Translations under genes and position numbers: made by a program | Source of the DNA: Candidatus Heimdallarchaeota archaeon | GTDB taxonomy: Archaea; Asgardarchaeota; Heimdallarchaeia; Heimdallarchaeales; Heimdallarchaeaceae | Length of the DNA stretch: 13,066 bases | Reading direction: 5' to 3' | Assembly (NCBI GenBank): GCA_016839945.1 | Contig: JAEOTE010000048.1 | Span: 1-13,066 of the forward strand | The notes under the pieces: model-generated | Databases searched by the model: none | Told to the model about the DNA's origin: nothing | The model's input: the letters and a program-made list of their open reading frames with translations, nothing else | Shown here: positions 7,308 through 13,066 of the stretch, one piece after another | Layout: each line of letters begins with the position of its first letter | Numbering within the stretch: position 1 is the stretch's first letter

Positions 7308-8906
7308 GTGGATAGCTTGTCTGTTGAAGAAATGTTGAAATTAATTGAGACAGTTGATACAAGGGAGAAACTTAGGGAAATATTGGATGAACTTTGTATT
7401 TTAGCATCGAATGAGAGATCAAACAAAAAAATGATTTATTTAATAGATCAAGCAATAGAAAAGAGCATTCGTTTTAATGATAAAATAACTTTAGTTGATT
7501 TACTAGGATATAAAATTCCATTTTTATATAATCAGAAGGAGAATATTAACGAAGTACGAAAACTCATTTCACAAATGAAAAGCATTTCAGAAATAAACAT
7601 GTATCATGACAGATTAGCTTGGGTATATTCATACATATGGTATGTTGAGAAATTTGAGGGAAACAAAGAACAAAGTGTTGAAGCAATTGAAAAAGCATGG
7701 GAGTTGTTAAACAAATTTTCATATGACAATGAATACATTTACTATTTTGTACGTTACTCGTATGGATTTGAATTATGGGTAGAAAAACATGATATTAATA
7801 GTTCAATCATTTTTGAAGAATGTTTCCAATACTTCCACAAAAATAGTTTTTACAGAAGTTCTATCCAAACACTTGGAATATTAAGCATCATATATACTCG
7901 TACTCAAAATAGTAATAGAATTTTAGAATTAAGTAAAAGAATATTATCAGATAAATATCATTTTGAGAGTCTTAATGAAGAAGTTAAAGCTATGTATTAT
8001 TATTTTACAGGTTTAGGTTATATTATTGATTTGAATCTAAATTTTGCTGAATATTTTTTTGATGAAGCTTACAATATTTTACAACCAATTCATAAAAACA
8101 GTATTTATTTCGCTAACTTCATTATTCTTCACTCACATATGATTACTGTTAAAGCTTTACAAGGGAAAATTGAACAAACTTGGGATATAATAAAAAGAGT
8201 TGAAGATATACTCAAACAAGAATTTATCACGAAGAATCTTAATTCGGGAACTATACAGCAAATTTCCCATACTCTAAATTTAAATAAATTCTATGTATAT
8301 TCCCGTTCAATAGAATTTGATTCAAAAGAAATGAAAGGTTTAATTGAAGAGATATTCATAGGAAGTAAGAAGCTTTATAGTAATTTCATGCTTATGAATG
8401 AATTCATACTTAATTCAAATCTACCACCTTCAAAACTAAAAGAACTACTTCTTGTGGATAGTTTCAGTATAAACCGTGTAAAACATATTATATCATTTGA
8501 ACTCCTTAAGAAAAAGGGTCGAAAGAATAAAGAAAAACAAAAATTGGAGAGAATTGAAGTATTAGCTAATAGAGAAAAAACTACTAAAACAACATTTATT
8601 GAGGATGTTTTTGCAGACTTGCTAATTACAAAACAATTGTTCTCCTCAAAACGGTTTACAGAAATTTATCCTCTACTGAAAAAATATAAAAATAAACTTC
8701 ATCGAATAGAAGTTTTAGAACTACGTGTTTTCATGGAAGCTTTTATTCAAATAGGAGAATATAAAAGTGGTAACCCTCTTGGACCAGCATTACTGTACAT
8801 GGCCATAAAGAAATGTAAAACTTATGGATTTTCTAGATTGGAAAATATGCTTCATAACTATTTAGATATGCTTAAAAAAGATGCTCTAAATTCGATTTTA
8901 TTATAA
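7308..8906 (+). CDS. TPR-like all-helical protein (532 aa), copy 2
   Basis: Paralog of 1137..2732; shared blocks such as NFIILHSHMxTVKALQGKI, HTLNLNKFYV, RIEVLELRxFMEAFIQ, GxPLGPALxYMAIKKC. Confidence 0.8.
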   Translation: MDSLSVEEMLKLIETVDTREKLREILDELCILASNERSNKKMIYLIDQAIEKSIRFNDKITLVDLLGYKIPFLYNQKENINEVRKLISQMKSISEINMYHDRLAWVYSYIWYVEKFEGNKEQSVEAIEKAWELLNKFSYDNEYIYYFVRYSYGFELWVEKHDINSSIIFEECFQYFHKNSFYRSSIQTLGILSIIYTRTQNSNRILELSKRILSDKYHFESLNEEVKAMYYYFTGLGYIIDLNLNFAEYFFDEAYNILQPIHKNSIYFANFIILHSHMITVKALQGKIEQTWDIIKRVEDILKQEFITKNLNSGTIQQISHTLNLNKFYVYSRSIEFDSKEMKGLIEEIFIGSKKLYSNFMLMNEFILNSNLPPSKLKELLLVDSFSINRVKHIISFELLKKKGRKNKEKQKLERIEVLANREKTTKTTFIEDVFADLLITKQLFSSKRFTEIYPLLKKYKNKLHRIEVLELRVFMEAFIQIGEYKSGNPLGPALLYMAIKKCKTYGFSRLENMLHNYLDMLKKDALNSILL

Positions 8907-8925
8907 ATAGAAAAAAATGTGTTAA

Positions 8926-8997
8926 TTATTTTATATTTTATTAATACTGGTAGGATCAAGAATAGGTGGGAGAAGAAGATTGAAGAGTGTATTATAA
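8926..8997 (+). repeat. Direct repeat copy B (detached remnant of permease 3' end)
   Basis: Translates LFYILLILVGSRIGGRRRLKSVL* versus permease end LFYILLTLIGSRIGGRRGLKSII*. Confidence 0.9.
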
Positions 8998-9293
8998 TCA
9001 CAAACATTATTCTGAAGAAGATAATGACACAACTCCACACTAAGATTAGTTCCTGCATACAGATAATTTTTGTTAATGTTTTTCCACTCTCCCATTGAAT
9101 CATAAATGGTTTCAATATGGGGAGGAATTTGTACTTCTTCAGGTAAGAGCGTTCTTTCATGTTCTCTAAAACGTTTAACAGTTTCGGAATTAGCATGTTC
9201 GATAATAAGATCTATGATTTCTTTCTCTACTTTCGTACGCCTCTGATTTTTTTCTTTAATCAGATTGAAGTGATCTTCCAAAGTTTTAGGCAT
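8931..9293 (-). CDS. Hypothetical protein (120 aa)
   Basis: ATG preceded by GGTG on the minus strand, protein-like composition, co-oriented with 9377..9658; no family recognised. Confidence 0.65.
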   Translation of the reverse strand: MPKTLEDHFNLIKEKNQRRTKVEKEIIDLIIEHANSETVKRFREHERTLLPEEVQIPPHIETIYDSMGEWKNINKNYLYAGTNLSVELCHYLLQNNVCDYNTLFNLLLPPILDPTSINKI

Positions 9294-9376
9294 CGAAACA
9301 CACCAAGTTCTATAACATTTCTAACACAGAATATTATAGTTTATAATAGATATTTAGTATAAAAAAGGTTCTAGAA

Positions 9377-9658
9377 TCATTTTACAGGAACAAAATCTCT
9401 ATCTATAATTTTTTTAATGTGATCTTCAGGAATTCCTTTGCTTCGTAAACCATTCAAAAAAACATTTAAACAATCTTTACAATAGACCTTCTTAGTTTCG
9501 GTATTGTAAGCAAGTGGAGAAAGGAATTTACTTTTCTGGCAAAAAGTGCATTCAACTTTAATTCCTGCAGCAAATCTAGCAGAACAATCTTCGCAGTAAA
9601 CAGACTTCCCTGTTATTGGTCTTCCACATTTGGCACAAAATTTTACTCTAGTAACCAT
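9377..9658 (-). CDS. Small zinc-finger protein with four CxxC motifs
   Basis: CAKC, CEDC, CTFC, CKDC followed by a C-terminal helical segment. Confidence 0.8.
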   Translation of the reverse strand: MVTRVKFCAKCGRPITGKSVYCEDCSARFAAGIKVECTFCQKSKFLSPLAYNTETKKVYCKDCLNVFLNGLRSKGIPEDHIKKIIDRDFVPVK

Positions 9659-9734
9659 GTTGTTCGAATCTTTGAGATTGGTGTTAATTTTAAATTTATG
9701 GATAGTTAGAAACTAAATGACAAGCTGACACACT

Positions 9735-9753
9735 CCCCTTTGCTTCAACTGGA
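9735..9753 (-). promoter_or_regulatory. ORB-like origin recognition box
   Basis: Minus strand TCCAGTTGAAGCAAAGGGG; resembles archaeal ORB (TCCAGTGGAAA..G-string); 16/19 identical to 12174..12192. Confidence 0.65.
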
Positions 9754-9889
9754 GATATTGTATATATTCTAGTACCACATGGATATAGTTTAGGGTACTT
9801 TGTACATAGTCCCCCAATTAATATAAAACTTTAATTATATAAATGTTTCTCTGAAACAATAGACAAACTTATATTCAATTAAATAAACT

Positions 9890-9908
9890 TCGAGTGGAAA
9901 GAATGGGG
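9890..9908 (+). promoter_or_regulatory. ORB-like origin recognition box
   Basis: TCGAGTGGAAAGAATGGGG(TGGGG); 16/19 identical to 12174..12192; inverted relative to 9735..9753 across an AT-rich stretch. Confidence 0.65.
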
Positions 9909-10055
9909 TGGGGATGCCTCCAACAAAGAAAAGAACAGTGAATAAGCCAAAATTATAATAATACTTACACTTATTAAAGCACAATACTAGTCTAACATGA
10001 TATCTATCTTTAAATAGAATCTTCATGGATAATTAAGTAGCAGAACGTGATTTTA

Positions 10056-10502
10056 ATGCCAAAAGAGATTACAATTAAACTTCCTGATGGAACTATAATA
10101 AGGATACCTTCAGGTGACACAGAAAGTCTAAAAACAACTCTTGCATTAGTTACTGGAAAAGATGTTGGATCTGGAGAAGGAGAAAAAGAGATACAAAAGA
10201 TTACATCTATTCATGAACTAATAGCAGCATCAAAGATAGAGCGTGTAGCTAGTATAATTAGAAATCATTATCCTGAAGGGGATTGGTTTACCTCAAATGA
10301 AGTATGTGAGCTGTATGAGATAATATTTAGGGAAGGAATAAAAATGAGCACTGTAAGCACATACTTATCAAGACTAGCAGATGAGAATCTACTTAACAGG
10401 AAAGGAAGCGTATCCCAAAGATTGTATTCAATAACAAAGAAATTAGTAGAAATATTCGGAGAACTTAAAGTTCTAGAAATACCTCCTGATCTTTTAAGTT
10501 AG
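10056..10502 (+). CDS. Winged-helix DNA-binding protein (probable start ATG 10056)
   Basis: C-terminal wHTH pattern FTSNEVCELY...MSTVSTYLSRLADENLLNRKG...LYSI; GTGAT at 10047-10051 reads better as the SD for ATG 10056. Confidence 0.8.
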   Translation: MPKEITIKLPDGTIIRIPSGDTESLKTTLALVTGKDVGSGEGEKEIQKITSIHELIAASKIERVASIIRNHYPEGDWFTSNEVCELYEIIFREGIKMSTVSTYLSRLADENLLNRKGSVSQRLYSITKKLVEIFGELKVLEIPPDLLS

Positions 10503-10532
10503 CCCAGTTAAGCGGCCGTTTTTTATTTTTAG

Positions 10533-10674
10533 ACATCTTACCACGCAAAATAAAAAAATGTGGTAAGATGTTCATTAAATCAAAAATTATTGTCTTACCA
10601 CACAAACTGATCGATTTCACGTGGTAAGATAATACAGTACGTCTTACCACAAAAAAATAATATCTGTGGTAAGA
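10533..10674. repeat. Array of three inverted pairs of the 9-mer TCTTACCAC/GTGGTAAGA
   Basis: TCTTACCAC at 10536, 10593, 10642; GTGGTAAGA at 10560, 10621, 10666; inner spacers 15, 19, 15 nt. Confidence 0.95.
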
Positions 10675-10739
10675 ATTATAAACAAATTGATGTTTCGCTC
10701 GCACAAAACTAAAAAAAATCTCCTTCCCGATAATAATAA

Positions 10740-11873
10740 CTAAATTTTAGTAAAGGATTCTACAGTATCCTTATCCAGTCTTTTTACTAATTCCAAAATC
10801 AGTTTTATAGCATTGTTTACATCATCTAGATCTATAATTCCATTATGTGAATGTATGTGTCTTGTTGGTATTCCTATCACAATACTTGGACATCCCATAT
10901 CTGTCAGATGAATAACTCCTGCATCTGTACCCCCAGCTTTAACTAAAGATAGTTGGTGAGGTATTTCTAGTTCTTCAGCAGTTTTTATCACGAAGTCTCT
11001 AAATCTTGGATTTGGTATCATTGATCTATCATATGTCAAAATTGTAGGTCCTTTTCCTAACTTAGATGGAGCATCTGTTGCTTTTATTCCTGGAACATCT
11101 CCTGCAATATCAACTTCCAGCGCTATACCAATGTCTGGTTTAATCATTTGAGCAGCTGTTTTTGCTCCTCTTTTTCCTACTTCTTCTTGAACTGTTGATG
11201 CACCATATATGATATTTGGATGCTCTATCTTTTCTTCTTTGATTTTACGTATTAACCCAGCTGTCACAACTGATCCAAGTCTATCATCAAACGCTTTTCC
11301 TACAGCTAATTTTGCTATTTCTTTTTCTTCAGTGGAGTCTTTTTCTTTCTTTATTCTAGGTCTTTCCCAGATTTCAAAGGTTGCGTCAGGCATTGCTGGA
11401 TCACCAACACGTATTCCCATTTCTTCCACTTCTACTTTACTTGTACAACCAATATCGATGAACATTTTATCTTTAACAACAACTTTCTTCCTTTCTTCAG
11501 GTTCCACAACATGTGGCGGTTTAGCTCCAATCACTCCAGGAATCATCTTACCTTCTACAGTTCTTACAATAACTCTTTGAGAAAGTAATGTTTGATCCCA
11601 CCATCCACCTAATTGATGAAATTTAAGAAACCCATCTTTTGTAATCCCAGAAACTTGAAAACCAATTTCATCAATGTGACCTGCAATCATTATTTTTGGT
11701 CCATTTTCAATTCCTTTAGATGTGAAAATCAATGTACCAGTTCTATCTTGGAGAATTTCATCTGCAAATTTCTCCACGTATTTTTTAAGTATCTTTTGAA
11801 CTTCCCATTCAAATCCAGAAGGGCCAAATTCATTTGATAGCTCTTCAAGTAATTCAATATCGAAATCTACCAA
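10740..11873 (-). CDS. M42 family (TET/FrvX-like) metallo-aminopeptidase
   Basis: GPSGFE, AGHIDEIG, GKAFDDRLG, TVQEEVG, EVD, GGTDAG, RHIHS motifs; TTG start with AGGTGAT SD. Confidence 0.95.
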   Translation of the reverse strand: MVDFDIELLEELSNEFGPSGFEWEVQKILKKYVEKFADEILQDRTGTLIFTSKGIENGPKIMIAGHIDEIGFQVSGITKDGFLKFHQLGGWWDQTLLSQRVIVRTVEGKMIPGVIGAKPPHVVEPEERKKVVVKDKMFIDIGCTSKVEVEEMGIRVGDPAMPDATFEIWERPRIKKEKDSTEEKEIAKLAVGKAFDDRLGSVVTAGLIRKIKEEKIEHPNIIYGASTVQEEVGKRGAKTAAQMIKPDIGIALEVDIAGDVPGIKATDAPSKLGKGPTILTYDRSMIPNPRFRDFVIKTAEELEIPHQLSLVKAGGTDAGVIHLTDMGCPSIVIGIPTRHIHSHNGIIDLDDVNNAIKLILELVKRLDKDTVESFTKI

Positions 11874-11890
11874 TCATATCACCTATTTCT

Positions 11891-12449
11891 AATTTCACAA
11901 TAGTTTTTTTCCATAACTATTTTGAAAGATAAACAGTTGTTATTTAACTATTACCTTAATAATGAAAAAAAGATATAAAAGAACACAATTTATGTTTTTT
12001 AGTTAAAATTGATTATAATTCTTAATTCATTTCTAAAGTTTAGACTAAAATATCATGCTAATTTGTGAAACGTTCCAATAGAAATCTCCTAATTCTTTAT
12101 TCTATTATTGTTTATGGGCTTTAAAGTGTATTCACACGTTGTGAACAAGCCAAAACGTAGATTTCTTCAGTTTTCCAGTGGAAATAAAGGGGTGCTAATT
12201 GTTTGTTCACAATTAAATAATTCCGATAAAAATTCAGATATAAGATGTTAAGATTTATGTCGAAACAATATATTTGTTCACAGATTTTTCAAAACACAGT
12301 GAACGGTCAGAGCACAACTATTCACAAATATTTTTTGTCGTTGAATTAGCCTAATTAAAAGCTCTAAAACTAGATTTAATGTTTATGTGAACTAATGTAT
12401 TAACTGTGTATGCTGTATTTATTCGGTATTACACTAGAATTGTGAAATT
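11891..12449. repeat. Dispersed TTCACA/TGTGAA repeat cluster (best copies TTGTTCACA)
   Basis: Hexamer starts at 11894, 12064, 12131, 12140, 12206, 12277, 12321, 12386, 12441, plus GTGAAC at 12299; three exact TTGTTCACA copies (12140-12148 minus, 12203-12211, 12274-12282). Confidence 0.8.
12174..12192 (+). promoter_or_regulatory. Canonical-looking ORB (origin recognition box) with G-string
   Basis: TTTTCCAGTGGAAATAAAGGGGT in a 600-bp AT-rich intergenic region; shorter ORB-like TTCCAATAGAAAT at 12073-12085. Confidence 0.75.
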
Positions 12450-12478
12450 GTAATACTAGACTGAAGTTTGTTGTAAAA

Positions 12479-12826
12479 TCATAATTCATTCAATCGATAT
12501 ATTAAACTCTTTATTTTTTCTTTCCTTTTTTCAAGTTCCTTTATTGTTCTTCCAACTTCCACTCTTTCTTCAATAGTACCAGGTATTTTCTTTCCTAGAT
12601 ATTTTCTATATTTATAGTCAGGTTCCAATCTAAGATAATAATATGGTCCATGACCAAATTTTTCACTTTTATTACACTTACAATTTTTTTTACCACATTT
12701 GACGTATTTTGAAGTTATGAATCCAAAAATTGGATCTTTGCTCATTAATATATTTCTTTGATGTTCAATGGCTTCTATAGCGTTTAATAAATTAACTTTA
12801 AAATCATCTATTTTATTAACTTCCAT
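12479..12826 (-). CDS. Putative Zn-binding nucleic-acid-binding protein (DUF6788-like)
   Basis: KCGKKNCKC...GHGPYYYL...KYLGK motif flanked by coiled-coil-like helices. Confidence 0.75.
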   Translation of the reverse strand: MEVNKIDDFKVNLLNAIEAIEHQRNILMSKDPIFGFITSKYVKCGKKNCKCNKSEKFGHGPYYYLRLEPDYKYRKYLGKKIPGTIEERVEVGRTIKELEKRKEKIKSLIYRLNEL

Positions 12827-12959
12827 TTACAGTCAGATATATATATGTCTTTAACAAAGAAATTCTTAGATATTACTCTGATATTCTGTGGATTATATTG
12901 AATTATTTATTCGACATAAATCCTCTAATTATATAGAAAAAATTGACAGAGTGAATAAT

Positions 12960-13066
12960 ATGGCTCAAAGTAGAAATCTACTTACAAAGAAGATAGAAGA
13001 AAAATCATCAATTCAAGGAATTGTTGTAAGTAGTCGTAGAGTGTATGTATACACTGATGAACCCGA
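12960..13066 (+). CDS. 5' part of a CDS running off the window (MAQSRNLLTKKIEEKSSIQGIVVSSRRVYVYTDEP...)
   Basis: ATG at 12960 with GAGTGA SD at 12949-12954; open to the window end; divergent from 12479..12826. Confidence 0.6.
   Translation, partial: MAQSRNLLTKKIEEKSSIQGIVVSSRRVYVYTDEP

Noticed and set aside
8858-9362. ORFs 8858..9196 (-) and 9159..9362 (+)
   Set aside because: Alternative-frame or antisense overlaps of the better supported 8931..9293
9835-10026. 63-aa minus-strand ORF
   Set aside because: Runs through the ORB-like box and AT-rich element; composition not protein-like
10465-10704. 79-aa ORF, and a CRISPR interpretation of the repeat array
   Set aside because: The ORF just crosses the repeats; the repeats are 9-bp alternating inverted arms with 12-24 nt gaps, not 25-40 bp direct repeats, and no cas genes are present
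11209-11837. Plus-strand ORFs 11209..11580 and 11613..11837
   Set aside because: Antisense shadows of the M42 peptidase

Overview
Low-GC archaeal DNA (GAGTGA/GGTGA-type ribosome-binding sites, a class III pilin signal peptide, ORB-like boxes); an Asgard/Heimdallarchaeia-like source is a guess from gene content. Ordinary genes: a TGT/DpdA-fold transglycosylase, a type IV pilin-like protein, a LolD/MacB-type ABC ATPase plus FtsX-type permease, a Zn-finger protein, a winged-helix protein, an M42 (TET) aminopeptidase and a CGKxxCxC...HGPY protein. The main novelty is a cassette present twice, in outward-facing orientation, whose small gene is missed by the ORF track. Each copy has an identical 30-bp promoter block, an SD, a 21-22 aa acidic peptide gene (MKYKHDPEDGDEDITPPFWSPG / MRYKNDPEDGDEDLTPPFWQP), a hairpin plus U-tract over the peptide stop codon, and a GTG-started ~531-aa TPR-like protein. 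The second copy is bracketed by a 72-bp direct repeat of the permease 3' end, which looks like an insertion scar. The right third of the window has three full ORB-like boxes (candidate oriC, no cdc6/orc1 in view) and two different repeat arrays, each directly downstream of a putative DNA-binding gene. There is also a candidate 73-nt structured RNA at 4060-4132.
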